From a virus: a DNA stretch of 64,000 bases. A program made the position numbers and the translations under genes. The DNA is taken from IMG/VR virus record IMGVR_UViG_3300017917_000321, positions 25,087 to 89,086 of that record, one strand, 5' to 3'. Positions 39,801-49,101 of the stretch are shown piece by piece. Every line of letters begins with the position of its first letter. The first letter of the stretch is position 1. The notes beneath the pieces were generated by a model. The model ran no database searches, was not told the DNA's origin, and worked only from the letters and a program-made list of their open reading frames with translations.

Positions 39801-41058
39801 AGTGCGCGGTTACACCAAACGGAGCCTGTAGGTTCTTGTCGTGATGTCCATGAATGATGAATATAGTATCGCAGTAGTTATCTTCACCCCAACTATCAAA
39901 AGGATATCCGTCTGTAAACATGATAAACTTTTTAGGTTGGATGTCATGGTCACGCATGTACTTCCAATTAGCCATAAAGTCAGTGCCGCCACCTCCCATA
40001 ATATCATAGTCTGCGAGGCTGTCACCACCGTCAGCACTAAAGTCCTGTTCGTTATACACCTTGGTATCAAAGCACCACAGTTTGATCTTGTAGTCTTTGT
40101 ATTCGTCCATAATGCCTTTGATTTCGCCCAAGAAGTCTTTAGCCTGAGCATCACCAATCGAACCGCTCATGTCCAAACTGATAGCAACATCAATGGTCTC
40201 ATCAAAGTTCATACCTGGCAAGATAGCACCAGTGTGCCAACCCTTACGGCTAGGACGAGCAAAGGTATAGTCATTGCGAATAGTACTTTGGATCTGTTGA
40301 CGTAGCAACTGACGCCAATTCATTTTGGGTTCAGTAAGTTCTTTGATCATGCGTTTGATTTCGCCCGGAACGTTACCAGCGCCAGCACTCTGTGCCGCAC
40401 TGATCATACCTTCCTTGATCTCGTCGCGAATCTTACGGAGTTCTTCCTTGCTATACTTTGGACGCTTACCTTTACCGTCCTTTTCTTTGCCATCACCGTC
40501 CTCGTCGTCACCATCGCCTTCCCAGTCAATGTGCTCGTCAAGAAGTTCACCGAGCTTTTCGAGTTCTTCTTTAGTTTTCTTGAATAGGTCGTCGTATACA
40601 GCTTCTGAAGTCCAATCAGTGTATTTGAAGTCTTGATAGCAGTCTACAACCTTTGGCTTCTCACCAATGCGGTCTCGTACCAGAAGATTGTTCACAATAT
40701 AGTCAGATGCAATGTTGTGAAGGATTGGATTACGATCTTCTCTACGACTGAGGTGATCAAAAACGCAGTGAAGGATTTCGTGTGCAATAACAAACTCAAT
40801 TTCTTTATTGTTCATAGCATTAAAGAATTGAGTGTTAAAAAATAGATTACGTCCGTCTACAGCGGCAGTAGGAAGCCAATCATCTGCTGCCTGGATGCGC
40901 AAACGAGTAGCCATATTACCAAAAAATGGGTGACGCAACAGTAGTCCGATGCGAGCAGTGATAATGCGATCGATTACTTCCTTACGCATAGCATCTAGCT
41001 TTTCGGGAGTAATGTTTGGATCTGGTTGCCAGTGTTTCTTTTTGCTAGCTACGCTCAT
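39781..41058 (-). CDS. DUF2201-like metallopeptidase plus vWA domain protein
   Basis: PTAAVDG, AHEILH (HExxH), acidic linker, MIDAS DMSGS, GGGGTDF, FTDG. Confidence 0.85.
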   Translation of the reverse strand: MSVASKKKHWQPDPNITPEKLDAMRKEVIDRIITARIGLLLRHPFFGNMATRLRIQAADDWLPTAAVDGRNLFFNTQFFNAMNNKEIEFVIAHEILHCVFDHLSRREDRNPILHNIASDYIVNNLLVRDRIGEKPKVVDCYQDFKYTDWTSEAVYDDLFKKTKEELEKLGELLDEHIDWEGDGDDEDGDGKEKDGKGKRPKYSKEELRKIRDEIKEGMISAAQSAGAGNVPGEIKRMIKELTEPKMNWRQLLRQQIQSTIRNDYTFARPSRKGWHTGAILPGMNFDETIDVAISLDMSGSIGDAQAKDFLGEIKGIMDEYKDYKIKLWCFDTKVYNEQDFSADGGDSLADYDIMGGGGTDFMANWKYMRDHDIQPKKFIMFTDGYPFDSWGEDNYCDTIFIIHGHHDKNLQAPFGVTAHYEEANA

Positions 41059-41088
41059 AGCATGTTCCTTATTCAGTTCCTATACTAT

Positions 41089-41116
41089 ATAATAACATAT
41101 TTACAGGATATGTCAA
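41089..41116 (-). promoter_or_regulatory. Sigma70-like early promoter
   Basis: TTGACA-16-TATTAT with extended -10 TG. Confidence 0.65.
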
Positions 41117-41126
41117 CCTGGAATAG

Positions 41127-41154
41127 AAAAAGTGGGCCTTTTGGGCCCACTTTT
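41127..41154 (-). terminator. Rho-independent terminator (possibly bidirectional)
   Basis: AAAAAGTGGGCC-ttttg-GGCCCACTTTT immediately after the AAA ATPase stop. Confidence 0.85.
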
Positions 41155-41160
41155 GGCTCA

Positions 41161-42249
41161 TTACGCAGCCTGTGCTGCCTTAATATACTTACCAAACCGA
41201 TCGTGGAACTCATCAAAGCAAGGTACAGCATCCGGATCAATTGGAAGATTGTATTGGGTAAGAGCAACTTTAATGCCCATTACAACCAATTCAGTTTCAA
41301 AATTGTCCATTGCAAAGCGCAGGAAGTTATGGACTTTTTCGTCAAACTTCTTGTCACCCTTGTCACTTGCTTCTTTGAGCTCGTAGCAGAGCGAAATAGT
41401 CAAGGAATACATGGCACTGATTTCTTTTGCTTTCAGCTCTTTTACCTTGCCATCCAAAATATCGGTTGGGTTAGGCATATTGCCAGCAACCTTGCGGTGA
41501 GCCATAAACTTGACAGCTAGTCCTTCACCAACTGAACCGCTTACAAGATCAGTAATAGTGTTACTGTCAAGGTCATCTTCCAACAGTTCGCTTACGAAAC
41601 TCCAAGAACGAGGAGTAGCAAAAGAACGGCTAGGAGACTTTGGGTCAAAGTCGTAGAGGTCTTGTTTTGCAAATTGCAAGTAACCAACTACGTCCTTGTG
41701 GATTTTGTTTTCAACTGCCCACTGGAACCAGTCTTCAAAGCTGACTGACATTTCCAAGTGAACAAAACGGTTAGCCAACGGAGCAGGCATACGATAAGTA
41801 ACACCCTTGTCAGCTTCGCGGTTACCAGCCGCAACAATATAAACATTGTCCGGCAAGTGATAGGTACCAACCTTACGGTTGAGAATTAACTGATAAGCCG
41901 CTGCCTGTACAGCAGGAGCCGCAGAATTCATTTCGTCCAAAAATAGAACGATAGCTTCGTACTGTGAAGCCATTTCCTCATCTGGAAGTTCCATCGGCGG
42001 AGCCCAAACCATTTTGTTAGCATTGCTATCAAAATAAGGAATGCCTTTAATGTCAGTGGGTTCCCAAAGGCTTAAACGAACATCAATGACGTGAGCATCA
42101 ATGCTGTCTGCAATTTGGTGAACGATGTCTGACTTACCAATTCCTGGAGGACCCCAAAGGAAGATTGGACGCTTCTTAGAGATAGCGTGTTTGATACTTG
42201 CCTTAGCCTTGTTTGGGCTAACAGTGCGGATAACGTCTGAATGTGCCAT
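41161..42249 (-). CDS. MoxR-like AAA+ ATPase
   Basis: Walker A GPPGIGKS, Walker B LFLDE, AAGN, PLANRF, TPRSW. Confidence 0.9.
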   Translation of the reverse strand: MAHSDVIRTVSPNKAKASIKHAISKKRPIFLWGPPGIGKSDIVHQIADSIDAHVIDVRLSLWEPTDIKGIPYFDSNANKMVWAPPMELPDEEMASQYEAIVLFLDEMNSAAPAVQAAAYQLILNRKVGTYHLPDNVYIVAAGNREADKGVTYRMPAPLANRFVHLEMSVSFEDWFQWAVENKIHKDVVGYLQFAKQDLYDFDPKSPSRSFATPRSWSFVSELLEDDLDSNTITDLVSGSVGEGLAVKFMAHRKVAGNMPNPTDILDGKVKELKAKEISAMYSLTISLCYELKEASDKGDKKFDEKVHNFLRFAMDNFETELVVMGIKVALTQYNLPIDPDAVPCFDEFHDRFGKYIKAAQAA

Positions 42250-42283
42250 GTAGTATTCCCTCTTAAACAGTGTCTACATGTAT

Positions 42284-42311
42284 ATAATAGCACCTTTACG
42301 CATGTTGTCAA
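42284..42311 (-). promoter_or_regulatory. Sigma70-like early promoter
   Basis: TTGACA-16-TATTAT with extended -10 TG, same architecture as the 41089 promoter. Confidence 0.65.
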
Positions 42312-42314
42312 GAG

Positions 42315-42704
42315 TCAATCTGATTCTTTTTGGGCTTTTTTCATGGCTTTTATGAGTCCAAGTTTGCGGACATCGCCCGAAAATAGTGTCAGCTCTACAG
42401 CCTTGCGTTCGTTAGTAACCACGATGCTATGGTCAAACAGATAGTAAGGGCAATCGATATAGTTGTCCAAAAATACAACAACTTGGACAGTGAGCACCAT
42501 ATCTTTTGGGAATGGAATATCATAGGTAGCTAGTCCAATTTCCATTACGGTTTCGTAACCAGCCTCTGTTAGACGTAAGCCACCAGACTCTTTTTCTCTT
42601 GTGTTCTTCCACCAAATTGGAAGATACTGCTTGACTGTGGATTCGTCTGTGCTCTTGTCAAGCTCTTTTAAAAAAATTTTGGTATAGGTCTCTTTCCAGT
42701 TCAT
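42315..42704 (-). CDS. Hypothetical phage protein
   Basis: ORF with GGLRLTEAG; coupled to its neighbour. Confidence 0.7.
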   Translation of the reverse strand: MNWKETYTKIFLKELDKSTDESTVKQYLPIWWKNTREKESGGLRLTEAGYETVMEIGLATYDIPFPKDMVLTVQVVVFLDNYIDCPYYLFDHSIVVTNERKAVELTLFSGDVRKLGLIKAMKKAQKESD

Positions 42705-43021
42705 TCTTCGTCAATGTCAACCGACACCACCGCATTCTCAGATACCACATCCCCTGACACTAGTTTGTGTACAGCAAAGTCCTCGCATTTGAACATGGTG
42801 TTCAATTTCTTCGCAAGGTTAAAGGCATGGCCTGGATTTGAAAAGGAAACCTTTTTGTATTTAGGTCCTGGATAATTGGTAAGAGAATTAGAACTTTTCA
42901 GATTGAAAGGCTGGCCCTTATAAAATACTGCCCAAATAGCATCGGCCTCTAAGACTTGTTCAGTCTTATAGGTTTTGTTATTTGTATATTCTAATATTAT
43001 TTTTGGTTTGGGCCGACTCAT
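42701..43021 (-). CDS. Hypothetical phage protein
   Basis: MSRPKPKIILE..GPKYKKVSFSNPGHA; AAGGA RBS. Confidence 0.75.
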   Translation of the reverse strand: MSRPKPKIILEYTNNKTYKTEQVLEADAIWAVFYKGQPFNLKSSNSLTNYPGPKYKKVSFSNPGHAFNLAKKLNTMFKCEDFAVHKLVSGDVVSENAVVSVDIDEE

Positions 43022-43058
43022 ATGCGTATCCTTGATATTTAAGTACGCATATATTTAT
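43020..43058 (-). promoter_or_regulatory. RBS/start-sequestering hairpin overlapped by TAAATA motifs
   Basis: ATATGCGTA/TACGCATAT 9-bp stem covers the AUG; TAAATA at 43052-43057 and 43036-43041. Confidence 0.6.
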
Positions 43059-43085
43059 CTCTTTTTAAGAGTTATCTACGCAGTT

Positions 43086-43328
43086 TTACCAGCTGGCATT
43101 AGAGCCAATCTGCACTTGTATAACCTCATCAGTGCCGCTTTTAGCGTTAGAAACTAGCTTTTCCAGGTCTCCGTGCAGTCTACTCATAACTATACCTAGC
43201 GTAAGAGCTAGGTTTTTAGCTTGATCGATAGTTAGCTTTACTTCTTTAGATCTACTGTTTTCAGCAGCCTTTACCTGCTGTATAAACTGCTGTAATGGAG
43301 CAGTATTTAAAGGTTCAACGGTTTGCAT
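43086..43328 (-). CDS. Hypothetical protein
   Basis: ORF in operon. Confidence 0.7.
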   Translation of the reverse strand: MQTVEPLNTAPLQQFIQQVKAAENSRSKEVKLTIDQAKNLALTLGIVMSRLHGDLEKLVSNAKSGTDEVIQVQIGSNASW

Positions 43329-43791
43329 TTGATAATTCCATTCTCATTTCTAATTCAGTTTTAAACGGTCCTCTGGTTTCGTACCTTTCAACTGTAATTA
43401 GCTTTGGACAAAAGCTCTTAACCCAACCTTTTTCAAATTTAATTATGTAATAGCCAGCACAGTACAGACTCTTAGACTTTGACGACTTAGTAAATAGTGG
43501 TAGCTTTCTTTTTACGTCGTACATAGAGTTGAAAGGTTCTACGCTGGATTTGAACCCGTGTACATCATATTCTTTTTTCTTTTCTTTCTTAACTTCATTG
43601 TCTGTGTCAGTCCAGATAATGTCAACACCAAACTTCTTTTTAATCTGTCTCTTGTTGTCAAAGAAACAAGTCTCTGCACTGCTGGAGAACATATAACGAT
43701 TATCGTTGAGTGAAAGAGTACCTACTCTTTCACCGTCATTCTCAACTATCCAAAATTTATCTTTTAAAACTGATTTCGCTTTTACTGTCAT
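43315..43791 (-). CDS. Hypothetical phage protein
   Basis: ORF; LPLFTKS..YCAGYY..FCPKLIT. Confidence 0.75.
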   Translation of the reverse strand: MTVKAKSVLKDKFWIVENDGERVGTLSLNDNRYMFSSSAETCFFDNKRQIKKKFGVDIIWTDTDNEVKKEKKKEYDVHGFKSSVEPFNSMYDVKRKLPLFTKSSKSKSLYCAGYYIIKFEKGWVKSFCPKLITVERYETRGPFKTELEMRMELSNANR

Positions 43792-44774
43792 CCTGGGTAC
43801 CTTGCATTAAGTGATTCTGAATAGAGTGAAGATTGGTCTGCAATCTTTTGCATGTTCCACTTGCCGCAGAACTTGATTAATTTCATTCCAACCTGTGACA
43901 CAGACTTAGGAAAACTAGCCTGCTTAATTGTATTATTGATTACTTCCTTAATTTCAGGAGGTTGTGCTGTAAGGTCGCATAGTACTACGTTTCTATTATA
44001 GTCGTCAAGAACTCTATGTTCGACACCTTCGTGGTCGACCCAACGTTGCAACATCATGTTATTCCAGGAATATCCTTTGGCTTTTTTATCGCTAAACGCT
44101 TCCATGAGACCAACTTTATTTTTGGTCCCCTTTGTACGTACACCTGGATAAGCACTAAAGACGTTGTCAGATGTGTCACCTCGCATACACTTTTCGAAAA
44201 GTAGCCATTGCGGGTCAGGAGCGGCCTTGTCTTCGCCTGTCTTTTTATCTTTGATCTTATGACCTTTGGAATCATAGTACCCCTCATGGGTTATGGTGGT
44301 ATTGCTAACACCGTTATACTGTTTTACATTAGGAGCGATAAGTTGCTCAAAATCTCCATCAGTTGAAATAATAACATGATTGTCGTTTGGATGATTAGCA
44401 ATCCAACCTGCAATAAGATCATCTGCCTCTAGCACAGGATTGTGCAAGACAGTGCAGTTTGTTTTGGTATTAATGAAATCTTTAAACTCATCAAAGATTT
44501 CCCAAAACACTTTATCTTCTTCTGCTTCTCTTGGACTTAATGCCGCCCTAGCATCACTGCGATTGCGTTTATAAGGCTCGTAGTAATCTTTGCGCCACGA
44601 CCGACCTTCTAAGCAGAACACTACATGACTGCCGTTAAAATCAGTCCATGCCTTCTTGATACTGTTCAACGTGATATGCAGTGCCATACCAACTTTGGTA
44701 TCAAGGTCGCCACGAATCACGTGCCTAGCACGAAAGAATGTATTAGCAGTGTCTACTAGAATGTAATTGTTCAT
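43788..44774 (-). CDS. rnh: T4 RNase H-like 5'-3' exonuclease/flap endonuclease
   Basis: LVDTAN, YKRNR, EADDLIA, ISTDGDF, GDTSDN, H3TH PGV. Confidence 0.9.
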   Translation of the reverse strand: MNNYILVDTANTFFRARHVIRGDLDTKVGMALHITLNSIKKAWTDFNGSHVVFCLEGRSWRKDYYEPYKRNRSDARAALSPREAEEDKVFWEIFDEFKDFINTKTNCTVLHNPVLEADDLIAGWIANHPNDNHVIISTDGDFEQLIAPNVKQYNGVSNTTITHEGYYDSKGHKIKDKKTGEDKAAPDPQWLLFEKCMRGDTSDNVFSAYPGVRTKGTKNKVGLMEAFSDKKAKGYSWNNMMLQRWVDHEGVEHRVLDDYNRNVVLCDLTAQPPEIKEVINNTIKQASFPKSVSQVGMKLIKFCGKWNMQKIADQSSLYSESLNARYPG

Positions 44775-45208
44775 GATACTTGCGATTTGCCTTTACTAAT
44801 GGGTACTACATTAATATAGCCGGAACCGCGTGATTTGTCAAGTCCTTCTTCGTCGAGCATTTGGTAAATTATGTCTCTAAACCAACGATCCACAATCTCT
44901 TCTGGAGCATCGTTGGCAACACCATACCCGTTTTGGATTAATTCTTCAATGAATAGGTCATTCCAATCCAATTCAAAGAATCCATTCCTGATATTGTCTT
45001 TGTTCAATTTAACATCCAAAACACTTACCCAAGGTTCTCCCTTGCGTGTTGCATACGCCTTTGGATCGCGCTTTTTTAGTATCTCGAGCTCTGCTTCCTC
45101 AATAGCCTTGCGTTTTGCTTCTGCATCTTCTTCAATTCGCTTGGCTTCGGCTGCAAGAGCCTGTTCTTTAGCTTCGATTCCTGTAATCTTTTTAAGCCAT
45201 TGTTTCAT
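44771..45208 (-). CDS. Hypothetical phage protein
   Basis: ORF; GEPWV..GFFELDWN..EEIVDRWF. Confidence 0.75.
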   Translation of the reverse strand: MKQWLKKITGIEAKEQALAAEAKRIEEDAEAKRKAIEEAELEILKKRDPKAYATRKGEPWVSVLDVKLNKDNIRNGFFELDWNDLFIEELIQNGYGVANDAPEEIVDRWFRDIIYQMLDEEGLDKSRGSGYINVVPISKGKSQVS

Positions 45209-45265
45209 AACATCTCCCGTATTCTTTTAAATTCTTCGTCTGACTTGATACTTGGCAGTGCAGGT

Positions 45266-46138
45266 TTAGGTACCCCATGCATTTCCGAAGATGTCAACGT
45301 GGAGACGGGGCGTATATCTCCATCCCCGCTCCATTGCGAGGTTTGCAACTCGTTTTGTGTTTTGCTGGTAGAGCCCATCCTTGCCGCCAACTGGCATAAC
45401 ATATACCGGACATTCGATGCCAGCACCCCGATATTCTTTAACAGCCTTTTCAACTTCATCCACGTCCACTTCATCAGCAACAACGAACTTAAAATAGATG
45501 TCACTGTTAGGTACGGTGCTATAAGACAAAGCAATATCAGGCTTGATAGCATCATTCCAAGACTCCCCCGAAACAGAAAGCTTCGGTGAGCAGGACCAAG
45601 TAATTCTGAGTTTTGTTTGTTTATTGAGATAGTCTCTAAAATCAGGTCTGAGAGCTTGTGTAGTATTCGTTTCAAAAGTAACATTTTTTAAATCCTTCAT
45701 CTTAGGATGTTCAAACAATTCTTGATAAAACTTTTGCCACCCTAGCAAAGGTTCACCGCCTGTAATAATAAAATGAATATCTTGTCCATTGTCCAGTGTC
45801 CATTTACCTGACGGGGTAAGACTCAGCAAATGCTCAACTACTTCATCTACTGTCTTATCCTGCATGTACTTTTTAAATTCAGGATAAATGCTAGCGTAAG
45901 TGTCACAACCTGTACCGATAATTGGTAAGTCTTTAAACTCTGCAATAGACTCTAGTCTTCCGCTATCTAATAGTTCTTTTACTTCTGGGTTGTACTTATC
46001 GTTTACAGTTCCTCTAGGAAGACCGAAATTCATGCAACGAAAGTTACAACCAAAAGTACGTAGGAATACACTAGGCACTCCTACGTAACGTCCTTCACCT
46101 TGAATTGAATAAAATGCTTCACTGTATCTTAATTTCAC
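45266..46138 (-). CDS. queE: 7-carboxy-7-deazaguanine synthase (QueE), radical SAM
   Basis: EAFYSIQGEG, FLRTFGCNFRC..GCDT, TGGEPL, FETN, SPKL, KFVV, RLHVDIFG. Confidence 0.9.
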   Translation of the reverse strand: MKLRYSEAFYSIQGEGRYVGVPSVFLRTFGCNFRCMNFGLPRGTVNDKYNPEVKELLDSGRLESIAEFKDLPIIGTGCDTYASIYPEFKKYMQDKTVDEVVEHLLSLTPSGKWTLDNGQDIHFIITGGEPLLGWQKFYQELFEHPKMKDLKNVTFETNTTQALRPDFRDYLNKQTKLRITWSCSPKLSVSGESWNDAIKPDIALSYSTVPNSDIYFKFVVADEVDVDEVEKAVKEYRGAGIECPVYVMPVGGKDGLYQQNTKRVANLAMERGWRYTPRLHVDIFGNAWGT

Positions 46139-46500
46139 TTCATATGCTCCAATGTAGCGATCCTGGCAATCTTCTCACCAAAGTCTTCATCCTTACCTAT
46201 AATATACAGTGTACTTTCACTTCTGTCAATCTTGCGATCTATTCTACGGAACTCAACAATAGTACCGCCAATAGCAGAATAAACTCTAAAATTTAACTTA
46301 GGATCTTGCTCTGGGGTTTCACGCTCAAGAGGTTCCGGTACACGCAATCTATTAGAAGGCATGTTTGCACCAGCATGTTCCCAATCTTCTCTAACCCAAT
46401 TAATAATCATTCGCTTAAACCAATTCATTTTTCTTGGTTTTACGTAATCTCTATCTACTGGCATTTTTGCTTCTGTTTCAACTGCATATCCTGTTCCCAT
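46135..46500 (-). CDS. Hypothetical protein
   Basis: AGGAG RBS; lies between folE and queE. Confidence 0.7.
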   Translation of the reverse strand: MGTGYAVETEAKMPVDRDYVKPRKMNWFKRMIINWVREDWEHAGANMPSNRLRVPEPLERETPEQDPKLNFRVYSAIGGTIVEFRRIDRKIDRSESTLYIIGKDEDFGEKIARIATLEHMK

Positions 46501-46511
46501 AGTGTGTCTCC

Positions 46512-47210
46512 TTAACGTGGTGCAAATTCTTGCTGTAATTTAATGTTATCAAAGAATTCCTTCTTTGTACCTGCATCATCTTTAAATGCACCCTTTAGAA
46601 CAGTAGTCTGGGTCAATGATGAATGTGCCATAATGCCGCGATTTTCACAGCATCCATGTGTTGCTTGGATATAAACGCCTAGGTCTTTGGCTCCTGTGGC
46701 GCTTTGAATTTCCTTGGCAATATCATTAGCAAGTTCCTCCTGGAGAGTACCTCGTCTTGCACACCACTGTGCGATTCTTGTATACTTTGAGAGTCCGATG
46801 AGTTTCTCGGCAGCAATAATGCCAATATAAGCAACGCCAGTAACGGGTTGGTGATGATGGCTACACATACTGCGAAGCTCACTGCGAACAACCAACATAC
46901 CTTCGTAGCGGTCCGCCGAGTCGTTTGGAAATGCTGTTGCGTCTGGTCTTGGTTCATATCGTCCTGCCATAATTTCATTTACATACATTTTAGCAAGACG
47001 TCTTGCAGTGCCCTGGCTGTTGGGATCTGTATGTCTATCAATAACAAGTGCGTCTAGCACACCTTCAAACTGTTCAGTAATTTCATCAATTAACTGATCC
47101 TTCTCACTAGGAGCGATCCACTGGCTGATGTTGTCACCAGCCCAATAGCGTCCGCCTTCCTTTTTAATTCTATTTCTAATTACTTGTGATAAATTCTTGT
47201 CCTGTGTCAT
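46512..47210 (-). CDS. folE: GTP cyclohydrolase I
   Basis: TARRLAKMY, SMCSHH, IGLSKYTR, LQEEL, HGCCENRG; start MTQDK after GGAG. Confidence 0.95.
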   Translation of the reverse strand: MTQDKNLSQVIRNRIKKEGGRYWAGDNISQWIAPSEKDQLIDEITEQFEGVLDALVIDRHTDPNSQGTARRLAKMYVNEIMAGRYEPRPDATAFPNDSADRYEGMLVVRSELRSMCSHHHQPVTGVAYIGIIAAEKLIGLSKYTRIAQWCARRGTLQEELANDIAKEIQSATGAKDLGVYIQATHGCCENRGIMAHSSLTQTTVLKGAFKDDAGTKKEFFDNIKLQQEFAPR

Positions 47211-47263
47211 TATTTCTTTCTCCGATGTTAAGGCAGAGGATTGCCGCATATACTATAAGTTAT

Positions 47264-47292
47264 AGTATACATACTATTTAGGTTTTTGTCAA
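47264..47292 (-). promoter_or_regulatory. Sigma70 consensus promoter with embedded TAAATA, upstream of folE
   Basis: TTGACA-17-TATACT; TAAATA at 47275-47280 within the spacer. Confidence 0.75.
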
Positions 47293-47294
47293 GA

Positions 47295-47672
47295 TTATAC
47301 TGCAATTTTAGTTTCTTTTTTATAATTGCCTTTTTCTGGTATAACGTGTCTTACGCCACCTCTTGGATCTTCCATATCGCCTTTGCGTCTAGGAATCAAA
47401 TGTATGTGAGGATACATTACAGTTTGTCCTGCAGCCTCGCCTACATTCTGACCAATATTGAACGCATCACAATAACCACGTTCAACCCAGTCATAGCCCC
47501 ACTTGTAAGCAGCTTCCCAGCATTTTACCATGTGCTGCCAATCTTCAACTTTTGGTACAAAAAGAATGTGCCCTTCGGTGACAGGGAATCCGTCTTTATA
47601 GACTGTAAAGTCTTTACTATCTAATAGTACATTAGTCCATGGTCCGGGCATTCTTTTTCCTTTCGTATTCAT
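47295..47672 (-). CDS. HIT family nucleotide hydrolase
   Basis: FPVTEGHILFVPK, NIGQNVGEAAGQTV, HIHLIPR. Confidence 0.9.
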   Translation of the reverse strand: MNTKGKRMPGPWTNVLLDSKDFTVYKDGFPVTEGHILFVPKVEDWQHMVKCWEAAYKWGYDWVERGYCDAFNIGQNVGEAAGQTVMYPHIHLIPRRKGDMEDPRGGVRHVIPEKGNYKKETKIAV

Positions 47673-47898
47673 GTATCAATATTGATACTGCATCAACCTT
47701 GTCATTACTTTCAAAGACATCCGGTACTATGGTACCAACAATATCCATATGATACTTAGATGGATAGTGTCTCAAACACCAGTATGCTTGCTTACGAATG
47801 TCTTTAGGAACACGCGGAGTCTTTTTAGGATCAAGTAGGTCCTGTAAGAACTTTTCAGTGTTTATTACTGCACGATAGCGTTCATCGGGTAGTGTCAT
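47632..47898 (-). CDS. Conserved hypothetical protein (BPSL0761-like)
   Basis: MTLPDERYRAV..PRVPKDIR..LRHYP. Confidence 0.6.
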   Translation of the reverse strand: MTLPDERYRAVINTEKFLQDLLDPKKTPRVPKDIRKQAYWCLRHYPSKYHMDIVGTIVPDVFESNDKVDAVSILIHEYERKKNARTMD

Positions 47899-48289
47899 AA
47901 AATTCTTCTTCAATATAACGTTTTAGTTCATGATCCCCTACATTTTCAGGGACCTCCTTTTTGTAGAAAAGGCGATAGCTATCAGAACCATACTTGCCTA
48001 TGCCGTATAGCTCTGTAGCATCGTCGCCATTCCAATTTAAGAAATCAATGCTCATGCGATAGATACGCTTGGCCCTGATGTGCCGCATACCTAAAGGAGC
48101 AATAACTTCTTCAATGTCAATAATTCTAGATCTTAGTAATGATTCAGGAGTAGGCCAGCGACCGAAGAATTCAGGCAATACCTTTTTAACCTGCTTGCGA
48201 CCTGTTTGATTTAGACAGATAACTCCGACCATGTGCTGCCAAACAGTTTCAACCTGTTGCTGCACCATAAGGTCATCTCGCATTGTCAT
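47882..48289 (-). CDS. HhH-GPD DNA glycosylase, MBD4-like catalytic domain
   Basis: ICLNQT, RWPTPE, PLGM..RAKRI, LYGIGKYGSDSY, DHEL. Confidence 0.85.
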   Translation of the reverse strand: MTMRDDLMVQQQVETVWQHMVGVICLNQTGRKQVKKVLPEFFGRWPTPESLLRSRIIDIEEVIAPLGMRHIRAKRIYRMSIDFLNWNGDDATELYGIGKYGSDSYRLFYKKEVPENVGDHELKRYIEEEFYDTTR

Positions 48290-48829
48290 TTATTTCTCCC
48301 AGGGATAAACTAACCACACATCGTTTTCTGCTTTATTAACTTCGTGCGTATAATAAGAAATATTATCAAAGTTACTGGCAAGATTATTTGTCAATACAGC
48401 AAACCTAACATTACCACCGAATACATTATGCCAACCGGCTTCTTCATTGGGTAGGCAACTACTGCGCCAGTCATTTACTATCCATTCTAGCGTAGCACCT
48501 GTATCATTAATATCGTCAACTATGAGAATATTCTTTCTACGTGAAGGATCCCACCGACTCTTATATATTTCCTGTTCTTCTATAGGAACATAACCAAATG
48601 CATCTTCGCTCATCCAGCAGTTGCTTTCGCACTCGCCACCGTCACGAAGACTAACCTTGAGAGTTTCGCACGGAACATCTATCATGTGAGAAATGATAGT
48701 TGCAGGAATGTTGCCGCCTCTTGTTAATCCAACAATATAGTCAGGATGCCATTTATCCTTGTACATTTGCAGTACAATATCAGTACACATCTTTTCTACA
48801 TCCTGCCAAGAGTAGAAATGTTTGTTCAT
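48290..48829 (-). CDS. Type I purine phosphoribosyltransferase (gpt-like)
   Basis: IVGLTRGG, PRPP motif ILIVDDINDTGAT, WLVYPWE. Confidence 0.9.
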   Translation of the reverse strand: MNKHFYSWQDVEKMCTDIVLQMYKDKWHPDYIVGLTRGGNIPATIISHMIDVPCETLKVSLRDGGECESNCWMSEDAFGYVPIEEQEIYKSRWDPSRRKNILIVDDINDTGATLEWIVNDWRSSCLPNEEAGWHNVFGGNVRFAVLTNNLASNFDNISYYTHEVNKAENDVWLVYPWEK

Positions 48830-49101
48830 TGTAGTTTCCTCTTACGGGGCATGCCCGCACGTTCTAATTCTTCTAATTCATCATCATCGCAGATAAATTC
48901 TGCAATTTGTGCTAATACTTCGGGCGGAAGATCGTTAACATCGACGGGTCTAGCACCTAATGCTTCAATTTCACTAGGTGTTTTACCTTCGAACATACTA
49001 GTAACTTCTTTAATAAACTCATCAAGTTCTTCCTGGGTACCTTCGAAATTATCAAAGCATCCTGGTGCAAACTCTACCTTCATTTTCTTTTCTTCGGTCA
49101 T
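48826..49101 (-). CDS. Hypothetical acidic protein
   Basis: ORF with ATGA-type coupling. Confidence 0.7.
   Translation of the reverse strand: MTEEKKMKVEFAPGCFDNFEGTQEELDEFIKEVTSMFEGKTPSEIEALGARPVDVNDLPPEVLAQIAEFICDDDELEELERAGMPRKRKLQ

Noticed and set aside
39810-42444. Many overlapping antisense and alternate-frame ORFs
   Set aside because: Expected shadows of higher-GC, codon-biased genes; no RBS or recognizable motifs
45205-45684. 159-aa alternative-frame ORF over queE
   Set aside because: Shadow of queE; only the last 25 codons (ATG 45282 to 45205) might be a real small gene, and evidence is insufficient
47211-47262. preQ1 riboswitch in the folE leader
   Set aside because: Only a 4-bp GGCA/TGCC hairpin; no preQ1-I loop consensus or A-rich pseudoknot tail recognised
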